Shown here piece after piece: positions 19,882 to 29,868 of a stretch of DNA of 36,084 nucleotides (position 1 is the first letter of the stretch; the number at the start of each line of letters is the position of its first letter). The position numbers were made by a program, and so were the translations under genes. Location: assembly GCA_964230865.1 (NCBI GenBank), contig CAXRJK010000058.1:1-36084 (forward strand), given 5' to 3'. This stretch comes from Winogradskyella sp. Lineage in GTDB: Bacteria > Fidelibacterota > Marinisomatia > Marinisomatales > AB-629-J13. Below the pieces are notes generated by a model. That model ran no database searches. It saw only the letters and a list, made by a program, of their open reading frames with translations, and was not told the DNA's origin.

Positions 19882-20441
19882 TGATAAAAGCTAGATTTTA
19901 CTTTCTTTTCTTTTTGTTTTTGAATATCTCGTCAGGATTTGAAAATATTAAAGGCAAACATACAGAGTTTTCTAAATCATTTGAAATAGGAGCGGGCCTA
20001 GGGTACTTTATGCCAAGAAACGAATTCACCAACTCTCAATCTTTTTCAATCTCCTCCCTTTGGAAAATAACTCCTACTTACGGAATTAGGTTTAACATTC
20101 TAAATACTGCTCTTCATCATAATATTGTTGACAGTTCTCGCAACTTAATTAATTTTAGCCCTGGAGTTGAATTAACCCTAAAATCCAATAAAAATGCAAA
20201 AGGATATACTCTTATCGACATCGGGTTTATTGAAGATGAAAAAGATGCACTGTTCATTTTTGGAGTAGGTATTAAATACAGAATAAAAGATAGCTACACA
20301 ATATATATTGAACTAAGAGATTTTCACAAAAGTCTCGGAGTACCATTTATCACATTTCCTAGATATCAGACAGGTATTCAAGGAAAAGGAGGGTCAAAGT
20401 ACCTCGATTTTCAAATACGATTACATTATCAAATAAATTAA
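19881..20441 (+). CDS. Probable small outer-membrane beta-barrel protein
   Basis: Signal peptide, alternating amphipathic strands (FEIGAGLGY, FGVGIKYRI), C-terminal DFQIRLHYQIN. Confidence 0.6.
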   Translation: MIKARFYFLFFLFLNISSGFENIKGKHTEFSKSFEIGAGLGYFMPRNEFTNSQSFSISSLWKITPTYGIRFNILNTALHHNIVDSSRNLINFSPGVELTLKSNKNAKGYTLIDIGFIEDEKDALFIFGVGIKYRIKDSYTIYIELRDFHKSLGVPFITFPRYQTGIQGKGGSKYLDFQIRLHYQIN

Positions 20442-20454
20442 TTAGGGAAAATAC

Positions 20455-20658
20455 ATGAAAGCAGGAACAGTCAAAGAATACGATACAAGCAGAGGATTTG
20501 GGTTCATTTCCGGAGATGATGGCGAGGATTATTTCCTTCATGTCAGCGGTCTTCGTGAACACCTAAAAAATAAAGGATTAAGAGAAGGACAGCGGGTATT
20601 GTTTGATGTAGATTTTGATATGAAAGGTGACCGGGCAATAAACGTTAGAATAGAGTGA
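20455..20658 (+). CDS. Cold-shock domain protein
   Basis: GTVK...RGFGFI (RNP1), DYFLHVSGL (RNP2-like), LREGQRVLF, AINVR. Confidence 0.93.
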   Translation: MKAGTVKEYDTSRGFGFISGDDGEDYFLHVSGLREHLKNKGLREGQRVLFDVDFDMKGDRAINVRIE

Positions 20659-20670
20659 TAATTTTAAAAA

Positions 20671-22074
20671 ATGAACATTAGACGTACAAAAATTGTAGCA
20701 ACCTTTGGTCCTGCAACTGTGGCAAAAACAATTATAGAAAAAATGATAGTTTCTGGCGTGGACGTTGCGAGGATAAATATGTCTCATTACAATGAGAATA
20801 TGAATATTGATAAACTGGTAAGAAATATAAGAGATATTTCGAAAAGATTAGATAAAAGTGTTTCAATCATGATGGATCTACCAGGCCCCAAAATTAGAAC
20901 CACTAATAATGAAACTATAACTATTAAGAGAGGAAATTTATATACTCTGGGTTTACAAGCTGATATATCACTTAATCATAAGCTGAAGTTTAAAAAAATT
21001 AAAAAAGGGGCTAAGGTTAAGATAGATGATGGGAAACTTTCATTTACAGTTCAAGAAATGATTTCCCATACTCAATTATTGATTAAAGCAAAAAATGGAG
21101 GAAACATATCACCACGAAAAGGAGTAAATATATCCGGTCTAGATATAAATCTACCAACTGCAGGAAAACAGGACCTGAGATTTGTTAAGCTGGCAATAAA
21201 ACTAAATCTAGATTGGATCGCAATGAGCTTTGTCAGGTCTGCTAGTGACAGAATAATAATTGATCAACTATTGAATAAATCTAAACATCAAATTCCAATA
21301 ATTGCAAAGATAGAAAAATCTGAAGCTATTGAAAATTTAGCTGATATTATAGATGCGTTTGATGGAATACTAGTTGCAAGAGGGGATCTTGGATTAGAAT
21401 TAGAGCTTGAGAAAGTTCCAACATTACAGAAAAAAATTATTCGACAATGTAACCTGAGATGTAAACCTGTGATTGTTGCAACACAAATGCTGGAATCAAT
21501 GATAGAAAATCCTATGCCCACCAGAGCAGAGGTGAACGATGTTGCAAGTGCAATTTATGATGGTTCTGATGCAATCATGCTATCTGGGGAAACGGCTATA
21601 GGTAAATTCCCTCTTGAATGTGTTAGAATGATGAAGTCAATAGCGTCTAATGTGGAAAATGAGATATTAGAGAATGAGGAGTTTTTCAATTTAATTACAT
21701 CACCTGATAAAACAAATTCTAGGAATGCAATCTGTGCATCTGCCTTTGAGATGGCAAGAGATCTATCTTTAAAGATAATGATTATTATGACTGAGTCAGG
21801 AAGTACAGGAAATACAATGTCTAGCTTTAGGCCATCCTCATTAATATTTGCCATGACACCATCGGAAGAAGTTTATAGAAAGTTATCTCTATCTTGGGGA
21901 GTCACACCAGTAAAGGTTAAAAAATATAAATCAACAGATCAGATGCTTATATTTTGTAGAAAGTTTTTAATTGATAATAGTATCATTAAAGAGGGAGAGC
22001 AATTTATTATGACAGCGGGAATTCCCGTTGGGATCACCGGTACCACAAATATGATTAAAATCGAAACAATTTAA
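20671..22074 (+). CDS. pyk: Pyruvate kinase
   Basis: RRTKIVATFGPA, ARINMSH, DLPGPKIR, IAKIEK, VARGDLG, ATQMLESM, PTRAEVNDV, MLSGETA. Confidence 0.98.
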   Translation: MNIRRTKIVATFGPATVAKTIIEKMIVSGVDVARINMSHYNENMNIDKLVRNIRDISKRLDKSVSIMMDLPGPKIRTTNNETITIKRGNLYTLGLQADISLNHKLKFKKIKKGAKVKIDDGKLSFTVQEMISHTQLLIKAKNGGNISPRKGVNISGLDINLPTAGKQDLRFVKLAIKLNLDWIAMSFVRSASDRIIIDQLLNKSKHQIPIIAKIEKSEAIENLADIIDAFDGILVARGDLGLELELEKVPTLQKKIIRQCNLRCKPVIVATQMLESMIENPMPTRAEVNDVASAIYDGSDAIMLSGETAIGKFPLECVRMMKSIASNVENEILENEEFFNLITSPDKTNSRNAICASAFEMARDLSLKIMIIMTESGSTGNTMSSFRPSSLIFAMTPSEEVYRKLSLSWGVTPVKVKKYKSTDQMLIFCRKFLIDNSIIKEGEQFIMTAGIPVGITGTTNMIKIETI

Positions 22075-22156
22075 TGAGTAAGAAAAATATTGATAATATT
22101 TTTGCTAAATTTTCAGATATAAAACAGCGATCTTTATAATCAGATTAATTCAATAA

Positions 22157-22813
22157 TTATTTTTGTATAAAATCTCTGATTATTTTCATAGCTGTAAGTG
22201 GTATTTTATGTTTCCCATCATAAGTATAAAATTCTACTCTTTGTCCTAACTCTTCACATAGATTTTTCAACTCAAATCCCTTTTCTATCGGGACAATTTT
22301 ATCGTTATTACCATGTAAAATTAAAATCGGACTAAAATCTTGGCTTGACTTTATTTTCAATAGATTGATATAGTCTTTTCTTATAAACCCGGCGATTGAT
22401 ATTATTCCATTCACTTTTGATTTTAAATATAATCCTGCTCCTGCAGAAAGAGCAGCACCCTGAGAAAAACCTAATAGAAATATTTTAATTTTTCTGTTTA
22501 GGTTCTCCTTAAAATAGTCCACAATATTATCAATAATTTGAAAAGAGAATAAAATTTCTTTCTTCGAAGGAGGTATCTTTTGATACCAAGAAAATCCTTT
22601 GGGACTATTTTGTGCATTGAAAGGAGCTCGAGGGAAAACCCACAGAGAGCTAGGCAATCTCAAACCGACAGAAACAGGAATTAAAGAATGTTCATCGCCG
22701 GTCCAACCATGAAGTGCAATGATTATTGTTTTGCATTTTTTCCCGAACTGCTTGAACTGGAATTCAGTATTAGATAATTTAGATCTTAGGTCAGGATAGT
22801 CTACTTCTCTCAT
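22157..22813 (-). CDS. Alpha/beta hydrolase (phospholipase/carboxylesterase type)
   Basis: ALHGW, PRAP, nucleophile GFSQGA, LHGNNDKIVP, terminal His (GKHKI). Start placed at ATG 22813 after GGAGGA to reduce overlap; uncertain. Confidence 0.88.
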   Translation of the reverse strand: MREVDYPDLRSKLSNTEFQFKQFGKKCKTIIIALHGWTGDEHSLIPVSVGLRLPSSLWVFPRAPFNAQNSPKGFSWYQKIPPSKKEILFSFQIIDNIVDYFKENLNRKIKIFLLGFSQGAALSAGAGLYLKSKVNGIISIAGFIRKDYINLLKIKSSQDFSPILILHGNNDKIVPIEKGFELKNLCEELGQRVEFYTYDGKHKIPLTAMKIIRDFIQK

Positions 22814-23456
22814 ATTCCTCCATGCGTTGAACAAAATCATCTTCATCCTCAGCTTGAAGCAGTGGGCTGATTTTTATATTTTTTTTAATGGAACAGTATG
22901 GTACAGTTCCATAGTCATGTCCGGGGAAAATGGTAATATCCCCCTTTAATGTTAAAAGTTTACTATAAACTGATTTATACAGTGTCCTTACATTTGAACC
23001 AACACTAATAGTTCTCCCTGTCCTTCCAATGAATACTGTATCACCTGTGAACAAAGAATCATTGAATAAGAAACAACAACTGTCAGGGTAATGGCCGGGA
23101 GTGTGCAGGACCTTTATCTTAAGGTGATTCACAGATAAAATATCACCATCCATAATTGTGACAGTTTTTTCACAATGTTTTTCAAATGGAGAACCCTTAA
23201 AAAGATAAATTTTAACTTTTGGATTCTTTTTGACATATTGGTCTAGATAAGCAATATGGTCACTATGTGTATGTGTAATAAAAATACCTGTTATTTTATT
23301 CTGGAGTTTTATGGGCAGTTTTTTTAATGGGACTGAGGCATCTATAGACCAAACCTTATCAGATTTATTATTTCCAACTATATATGTAATATTTTTATCA
23401 TACCCGCCTAAAAATGCAGCTATGTTATAATCTCTCTCTCTTAGTGAATAAAGCAT
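22791..23456 (-). CDS. MBL-fold metallohydrolase (glyoxalase II/ETHE1-like)
   Basis: THTHSDHI, HTPGH, FTGDTVF, FPGHDYG. Confidence 0.92.
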   Translation of the reverse strand: MLYSLRERDYNIAAFLGGYDKNITYIVGNNKSDKVWSIDASVPLKKLPIKLQNKITGIFITHTHSDHIAYLDQYVKKNPKVKIYLFKGSPFEKHCEKTVTIMDGDILSVNHLKIKVLHTPGHYPDSCCFLFNDSLFTGDTVFIGRTGRTISVGSNVRTLYKSVYSKLLTLKGDITIFPGHDYGTVPYCSIKKNIKISPLLQAEDEDDFVQRMEEYERSRLS

Positions 23457-23553
23457 GATAATTTGATATGTTTTTTGTAGGATTCAGTTTATTTTCTGTT
23501 GGAAAATTAATTGATTTTTTATTTGAATTTGCTTTTTAAATTAGAAGAATTTT

Positions 23554-23766
23554 ATGCGTAAGGTAGCAATTTATCTCATTGCCGGAGGAATCATTCTCTT
23601 AACTCTAAAGTTTATCACAATAATTCTTCAATTTTTAACATCACACCCTATTATTGGATTAGGAATTTTTATTATTACGGTTGGAGTTTTACTGTTTTTG
23701 CTTGATATCTATCGAGAAAATCAAATTTCCAAAGATTCAGAGCCATTTAGGGGAGTGAAAAAATGA
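23554..23766 (+). CDS. Small two-TM membrane protein
   Basis: Two hydrophobic segments and a charged tail; ATGA overlap with the YbjQ-family gene. Confidence 0.7.
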   Translation: MRKVAIYLIAGGIILLTLKFITIILQFLTSHPIIGLGIFIITVGVLLFLLDIYRENQISKDSEPFRGVKK

Positions 23767-24083
23767 TTATTGTCACTACTGAAACTATATCTGGATATAC
23801 CATTATTGAAACACTGGGAACAGTAATAGGAAATACCATCAGAGCAAGGCATATTGGTAAAGATATTAGCGCAGTTCTAAGATCTGTAGTGGGAGGAGAA
23901 ATAAAGGAATACACCGGTATGCTGGCAGAATCAAGGGAACAGTCTATTCAGCGAATGGTAGACAGGGCAAAAGAGCTTGGCGCTAACGGTATTGTAGGAG
24001 TACGTTTCCAAACTTCAATGATTTTACAAAGCACTGCAGAACTTTTAGTGTACGGCACAGCTGTCAAGTTATCAAAAAATTAA
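23763..24083 (+). CDS. YbjQ (UPF0145) family protein
   Basis: MIIVTTETISGY, VGGEIKEY, ESREQSIQRM...GANGIVGVRF, YGTAVK. Confidence 0.93.
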   Translation: MIIVTTETISGYTIIETLGTVIGNTIRARHIGKDISAVLRSVVGGEIKEYTGMLAESREQSIQRMVDRAKELGANGIVGVRFQTSMILQSTAELLVYGTAVKLSKN

Positions 24084-24105
24084 CCGCAATAAGAAAGAAT
24101 AAAAA

Positions 24106-24813
24106 ATGTACAAAACTCTATTTATTTTTGTAATAGTATCAGTCTTTTTTTCATGCTCTAAAAATACTGAGATTAATTCCCGTTCAATTAATCTCAACAC
24201 AAAAGTGGATTCTATAAGTTATGGAATGGGGGTAAATCTGGGTTCTTCTTATAAAAGACAGGAATTTGACATTGATCCTGGATTGTTTTTTAATGGTTTT
24301 ATGGATAGTTATAAAGAGGAATCATCTCAGCTAAGTGAGGATGAAACAAGGCAGATGTTGAGAGATTACTATATGGAAGTGAGGATGAATAAATCTGAAC
24401 AGCAAAAAATATTATCAGAAAATAATATTGAAAAAAGTAATCAATTCCTCAATAAAAATAAAATCAAAAAAGATGTCACCGAACTCCCAAGTGGTTTACA
24501 ATACAAAATAATTCGCTCTGGATCTGGAGAGAGTCCAGATGTGAACGGAAGTGTAAAAGTACACTATATCGGTAAACGTCTAGATGGAACTGTCTTTGAT
24601 AGTTCTACTGATAAAGATGAACCAGTTGAGTTTAGCCTTCGCTCTCTAATTAAAGGTTGGTCTGAGGGATTACAGCTTATGAAAGTTGGTGCTAAATGGG
24701 AATTATATATTCCACCTGAATTGGGTTATGGAAGAAGAGGAAGTGGTGGAAAAATCGGCCCAAATGAATGCCTAATTTTCGAAGTAGAGTTAGTAGATAT
24801 TATTTCAAATTAG
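24106..24813 (+). CDS. FKBP-type peptidyl-prolyl isomerase (Mip/FkpA-like), probable lipoprotein
   Basis: FFSC lipobox-like site, DSISYGMG, LPSGLQY, VHYIG, FDSS, IKGWSEGLQLM, IPPELGYG, LIFEVELV. Confidence 0.95.
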   Translation: MYKTLFIFVIVSVFFSCSKNTEINSRSINLNTKVDSISYGMGVNLGSSYKRQEFDIDPGLFFNGFMDSYKEESSQLSEDETRQMLRDYYMEVRMNKSEQQKILSENNIEKSNQFLNKNKIKKDVTELPSGLQYKIIRSGSGESPDVNGSVKVHYIGKRLDGTVFDSSTDKDEPVEFSLRSLIKGWSEGLQLMKVGAKWELYIPPELGYGRRGSGGKIGPNECLIFEVELVDIISN

Positions 24814-25652
24814 CTTAAATCTTCTAAAAGGTTTTCAGTTATATCCCAAAGTCTTTCCCGTGAATCTTTATTTTTAGACTCAGGCGAACTTTCTTTTACT
24901 CGCTTTTTATAAAAATACTTTCCGCTAGTTTTATCAATATCATTAGATGAAGCTAAATAAACACTGGTCTTTGCGCCATCTTTTACATTTATAGCCTTCA
25001 GTTTTTGTGCTATCTTTAACAAGATAACTTTTAGCCCTGAATTATTATGCCCAAACTTACTTGAAACAAATCCGGGATGAAGGCAATTAACAGTTGTAGA
25101 CGTGTTTTTTAATCTATCTGACAGTTCATATGAAAATAAAATATTCATCAGTTTAGATTTTTTATAATTTGGATACCCCTCATAGGATTTAACACCTTGA
25201 ATATCGGTGAAATCTAATTTTGCTCCGAAGTGAGCATCCGATGCTACATTCACAATTCTGGAGTGTTGCTTGTTAAGATTTTTCAGCAATAGTTTGGTAA
25301 ATAAAAAATAACTTAAATGATTTAATGCAAAGGTGGTTTCAAAACCTTCCTCGGTGAAAGTCTTTTTAAAAAATGCTGCTCCCACATTATTTATTAACAC
25401 ATCTATGACAGGAAATTTATCTTGGATATCCCCCGATACTTTTTTGACTTCCGACATGAGAGATAGATCTGCATTGAAATAGTGTATGGCATTATTGCCC
25501 GTTAAATTTGAAATTTCCTTTACGACTTTTTTTCCTTTTTCTTCATCTCTTCCAACAAGTCCTAAAATAAATCCTCTCTCAGCTAAGTCTACCGCTGTAA
25601 TTTTACCGATTCCATCGGTCGCACCGGTTATGATACAAATAGTTGAATTCAT
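24810..25652 (-). CDS. Short-chain dehydrogenase/reductase
   Basis: TGATDGIG, LINNVG, IVNVAS, catalytic YKKSK, LHPGFV. Confidence 0.94.
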   Translation of the reverse strand: MNSTICIITGATDGIGKITAVDLAERGFILGLVGRDEEKGKKVVKEISNLTGNNAIHYFNADLSLMSEVKKVSGDIQDKFPVIDVLINNVGAAFFKKTFTEEGFETTFALNHLSYFLFTKLLLKNLNKQHSRIVNVASDAHFGAKLDFTDIQGVKSYEGYPNYKKSKLMNILFSYELSDRLKNTSTTVNCLHPGFVSSKFGHNNSGLKVILLKIAQKLKAINVKDGAKTSVYLASSNDIDKTSGKYFYKKRVKESSPESKNKDSRERLWDITENLLEDLS

Positions 25653-25658
25653 TCTAGT

Positions 25659-26204
25659 TTAAATCGCATTCCCAACCACAATGGATAGGAAACTCAGTGC
25701 AATAAGTATAAATGTTAATGCGATTATTTTCACTAATAATCCCAAAACACAGACAGCCACGGATCTCAGGGTTGATTCATAATCCAGCGCTTGTCTCACA
25801 GCAATAATCATGGCAATAAGCATCCAACCATTTGCAATGAAGTCAATTACACCGTCAAAAGGTAAAACAGGTTTTAAAATGCGTATAATTCCCGGTGCGC
25901 TGCTATATCCAATGGTTCTTAACAGTTCACCATGGTCAGCGGTAGTTTGGGGCTCCGGGAGGAGCTTTGTACCAATTAAATAAACGATAAAAGCCCATAC
26001 ATACCAGCTTAGGAGTTCTCCAATTGTATTGGTTAGTAATTCTCCCACTCCCATAGACCAAGAGCCTAGCCCCGCAGCAAGACTGGAAAAAATGACAACC
26101 ACCATTGCCTCAGTTAGGAGGGTTTTATCTGCTTCTACCTCTTCATAGAGATTCACATCTAGCTTCGATGCCATCAACATACGATTAAACATTTTTGTAC
26201 TCAT
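25659..26204 (-). CDS. YIP1-like multi-pass membrane protein
   Basis: YEEVEAD, LLRTIGYSSAPG, AVRQALDY; about 5 TM helices. Confidence 0.72.
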   Translation of the reverse strand: MSTKMFNRMLMASKLDVNLYEEVEADKTLLTEAMVVVIFSSLAAGLGSWSMGVGELLTNTIGELLSWYVWAFIVYLIGTKLLPEPQTTADHGELLRTIGYSSAPGIIRILKPVLPFDGVIDFIANGWMLIAMIIAVRQALDYESTLRSVAVCVLGLLVKIIALTFILIALSFLSIVVGNAI

Positions 26205-26281
26205 ATGAGTCCTATTTGGTTATCCTTTTAAGTATAACTAACTTTAATTTTGTGTTAATTGTTCCAATAGTATAAAAAAAA

Positions 26282-26440
26282 TCACTCATTTTCACTTTTC
26301 ATAGTTTTGACTTTGTTCAAAAGATATTCAGAGATTTTTGATATTTTTCTGACTTCTTTTTTTAGTGTGATTATTTCAATTAAAACATAAACCAAAAAGA
26401 GTAACGCGCCTATCATCACTGTTGTAAACATAGAACTCAT
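26282..26440 (-). CDS. Small 52-aa single-TM protein, absent from the ORF track
   Basis: Hand translation MSSMFTTVMIGALLFLVYVLIEIITLKKEVRKISKISEYLLNKVKTMKSENE*. AAAGGA lies 8 nt upstream of the ATG; fills a 300-nt gap in a minus-strand run. Confidence 0.65.
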   Translation of the reverse strand: MSSMFTTVMIGALLFLVYVLIEIITLKKEVRKISKISEYLLNKVKTMKSENE

Positions 26441-26505
26441 ATAGAATATCCTTTAACTCAATCAAATAGTAATATAATGAAACAAATTTGTGATTAATAT
26501 AATTA

Positions 26506-29500
26506 TCACTTCATTAACACTAACTTCTGTGTTTCTATTCTTTTTTCTGTAGAAAGCTGTAAAAAATAAATTCCACTGGGATTCTCCCATGCATCCCATT
26601 TTAGCATATGTTGACCAGATGACATCTCCTGATTCAAAAGAGTTTCAATAAGCTTCCCCTGAATGTTAAAAACAGATACATTTACGACTGATAATTCAGA
26701 AAGGGAGAGCTGTATCATTGTCACAGGATTAAAAGGGTTTGGATAAGCTGGGGAAAAAACAAGTTCTGAGGGCATTTGGTTACCAGGTATTTTTCTCAGA
26801 ACTAATGATGTTAGCTCATCCTCAACTTCCAAATGACTAATATTTTCACACGGGTAAACATATCCGCTTTTATCAACAATTTCCCACTTTTCATCACCTT
26901 TGATATTACAATAAAAAGTGAGAGAGCTTCCTGGGAGTTGCATAATCTCAATTACACAATCATCAGTCGTGCATAATTTAGAATTTCCTATAAAACGAAT
27001 GTCATTTGAACCAAATGGCGGTTTTGGAGGTAGACTATAACTTAAAATTTCTTTTTCTGATACACCACCCCCAAAATACATTAAAGTATTATTTAGATTT
27101 ATTGTGTTTAAATAATTATTAACCTGAAATGATTTTTGATTTAATACAGCCCTTGATGAAGACATTATTATTTCACCATCACCGGAACTTCTCAGCCAGT
27201 AAGCTTTCGCTGGTTCAATATATTGTGGCTGAAAATATCCCTGATCATAGCCGTAAACAGTATTGGGAACAATAATTCCTTCAGGGTCTAAAATAGTTTC
27301 CGGAGAAATTGAATATGATATCCCAGAGATGAGATTCCATCCTTCAATCAATTGAACAGTTAATTCATCCACTGGATTTCCAGTAAATGTTGCTGTGTTG
27401 TTTTGCGATATCCTCAACCAGTATCCTTTTCCTAACTCCAAATTTTCGGTTTGCTGATATCCTGCCCCTGATATGTAGCTGAACAGCGTGTTTTGAATAG
27501 CTCCTGGAAACAGATCAATGTAAAAACTTGATTCACTAACAACAGGAAGCCCGACTAGATTCCAGCCAAGAAAATAATCCTGATTGATGGTCACAGACCC
27601 AGAGCCAAGAGTGAGTATGACAGGAATACTACCATTTCCACCATTACTTGTTATGGATATGTAACCCTCATACTCACCTGGGGACATACCTTCCGTACTA
27701 ACAATTACACTGATATTGTCTGACATCCCATATTCCAATTCTCCTTCCATTGGTGATACAGAAAACCATTCTGGTCCTTTAGAAAACTTCACGGATAATT
27801 CATCGTGAACATAGTCATCATTGAAACTCACCTGGAGTCCAGTAGATCCTGAGCCATTCTGCATTCCTATCGTGGCGGAGTGTGTTCCAGTAATGGATTT
27901 GTAATTAAGCTGTATCTCTCCTGATGGATACAGTACAATCTGGAAATCATAATAACTGTTTGGATAGCCGTTCCACCAGTGAGCTACCCCATCAAACGAC
28001 ACAACGCTTCTTTCGGCATTGCTGTGCATATAAATATTCCCTGCACAGTACTCATTACAATTATCATTTATAGGATTGAGGTCGTCCCAAAATCCAAAGA
28101 TGGCAGGTCTCGGAGCACCAGATGAAGGAATAGTGCTGTTATCCCAGGAATTTATATCATTTCCAAATCCAATCCAGCCGTTTGGATTAATGATATATTG
28201 ATCATAATCCTGTCCATAAAATGGAAAATCAAATCCTATATCAAATGGTCCTTCAGCATCGTCATTATGGGAAAATGCTATAATGTTATCATCAACGGAA
28301 ATCTCAATCCATTCATAATCAAGATTTATTTCAAGGTCTGAATCGGTCCATGTCATTCCTTCCTGGTCTGGTCCACCACCGACATCAGAAAAAGAAGAAA
28401 CACCTATCTGATAATTCAGAATAGATTCAGGTTCTCCTACGTTTGTGAGTAGCAGTTCTTGCACATCAGTTTCATTTACTGACATCTCAAAATGTATAAC
28501 ATCAGGTGTATAAGACAGCTCTCCAGCTGAACCTGTATCATAACTATCCAAAACTAATGTCCCAGTATTTTCCGGATCGAGCCAATTCTTTAACTGATTG
28601 GATGAGCTTCCACCCCAATCCCATGAAGCTGAAAATTTGCCATAATAGTCATTGAAGTTAAATGAACAGGATGCCTGCCCACCATGTAGCTGACCCACAA
28701 TACGATAATTGTTATCAAACAAGGGGGAACCAGAGGAACCGGGTTCGGTAGTACCATCCTCCCAACTGGAAACCCGCCAATGTGAGCCGTCATTTCCACT
28801 CCAGCCATCAGAAATTCCAACATCATAATCAAAAGATATCTTCTTTATATCACCCGAGGGATGATGAATCCCAACCGGCTCTTGAGGTGGGACGTCCACC
28901 GCTGACCATCCAGCATAATTAACATTATAGAGTGAGGGTATGGTCTCAGTCAATTCCAATAATGCAAAATCTGACGTTGACCTGCTTGCCCTAAGAACAG
29001 ACCCCTGTACTGTTTGGTTTGTGGGTCCGTCCTGATTAGCACAACCGGGACTTTCATAATTAAACATGAATATCCAATTATTATTACCACCCAAACAATG
29101 ATCTGCGGTTAAAAAATATTGAGTCTGGTCCTGTTGTACATTATTCACTAGAGCTCCAGTACAAATACGTGAACCGCCGGAGGTAAGAATCATTGCCACT
29201 GCTCTATTGTGGTCCTGCCACAGCATACCCTCCGGGCAATTTACATTGTTGTTGCAGCTCCCCGAATCTCCATACCCACGCGTATCCTTAAATCCAAAGA
29301 GGTTACGATATCCATGGATCACTCTTGATAATTGAATTCGCCCCAATCCCACCACATCAGAAGGTTCAATATATTCAAGAATAATATGATCTCCCGGTAC
29401 AGGCTGTGTTGCAAAGATTCCATCTGCTTTATTGTTTTCTTCAGTAAATGCGCCAATGACATAAGATTTGTTTTCGCTGTATACAAAATATTTTCCACCG

Positions 29501-29835
29501 GGCGGCATAAAAAAATCATCATAAATAATATTGATGGAATATGCTCCAGATGATTTAACTGCGAGCCTCCATACTCGATCTCCATTCGATAACTTTTCCC
29601 AAGTTCCTGAAGAAATCAGGTCGAAGGACACTTCAGTACCATACCCAAAGCGAAAGGGTACATCCTTACCGGTAAGCTTGTCCTCCTCCAACAGAGATTG
29701 AACATCCACAGATTCCATTGTAACTGTTTCCAGTAATGCAGAAAGTGTTTTTTTAAAACTTATGGGAGTGCCACCTACACTTACCTGACTATAAAGTAGT
29801 GAACTTGTAATACATAAAATATAGAATAATTTCAT
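26506..29835 (-). CDS. Secreted lysyl-endopeptidase-like S1 serine protease, multidomain, with T9SS-type C-terminal domain
   Basis: Propeptide, SGSCNNNVNC, triad motifs LTADHC / SDFALLEL / EPGSSGSPLF, GQLHGG. Followed by nidogen-like and Ig-like regions, the GWNL module, and AYPNPFNP...SGIYFLQL...KLVLMK. Start at ATG 29835 after GAGGAG. Confidence 0.92.
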   Translation of the reverse strand: MKLFYILCITSSLLYSQVSVGGTPISFKKTLSALLETVTMESVDVQSLLEEDKLTGKDVPFRFGYGTEVSFDLISSGTWEKLSNGDRVWRLAVKSSGAYSINIIYDDFFMPPGGKYFVYSENKSYVIGAFTEENNKADGIFATQPVPGDHIILEYIEPSDVVGLGRIQLSRVIHGYRNLFGFKDTRGYGDSGSCNNNVNCPEGMLWQDHNRAVAMILTSGGSRICTGALVNNVQQDQTQYFLTADHCLGGNNNWIFMFNYESPGCANQDGPTNQTVQGSVLRASRSTSDFALLELTETIPSLYNVNYAGWSAVDVPPQEPVGIHHPSGDIKKISFDYDVGISDGWSGNDGSHWRVSSWEDGTTEPGSSGSPLFDNNYRIVGQLHGGQASCSFNFNDYYGKFSASWDWGGSSSNQLKNWLDPENTGTLVLDSYDTGSAGELSYTPDVIHFEMSVNETDVQELLLTNVGEPESILNYQIGVSSFSDVGGGPDQEGMTWTDSDLEINLDYEWIEISVDDNIIAFSHNDDAEGPFDIGFDFPFYGQDYDQYIINPNGWIGFGNDINSWDNSTIPSSGAPRPAIFGFWDDLNPINDNCNEYCAGNIYMHSNAERSVVSFDGVAHWWNGYPNSYYDFQIVLYPSGEIQLNYKSITGTHSATIGMQNGSGSTGLQVSFNDDYVHDELSVKFSKGPEWFSVSPMEGELEYGMSDNISVIVSTEGMSPGEYEGYISITSNGGNGSIPVILTLGSGSVTINQDYFLGWNLVGLPVVSESSFYIDLFPGAIQNTLFSYISGAGYQQTENLELGKGYWLRISQNNTATFTGNPVDELTVQLIEGWNLISGISYSISPETILDPEGIIVPNTVYGYDQGYFQPQYIEPAKAYWLRSSGDGEIIMSSSRAVLNQKSFQVNNYLNTINLNNTLMYFGGGVSEKEILSYSLPPKPPFGSNDIRFIGNSKLCTTDDCVIEIMQLPGSSLTFYCNIKGDEKWEIVDKSGYVYPCENISHLEVEDELTSLVLRKIPGNQMPSELVFSPAYPNPFNPVTMIQLSLSELSVVNVSVFNIQGKLIETLLNQEMSSGQHMLKWDAWENPSGIYFLQLSTEKRIETQKLVLMK
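27160..27590 (-). repeat. Shared ~140-aa GWNL...GYWLR module, copy 1 (internal; boundaries approximate)
   Basis: GWNLVGLPV...GKGYWLR...GWNLISG...AKAYWLR. Confidence 0.85.
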
Positions 29836-29868
29836 CTTTTTTCTCCTCAAAGAAAATTAGTTACTAGT

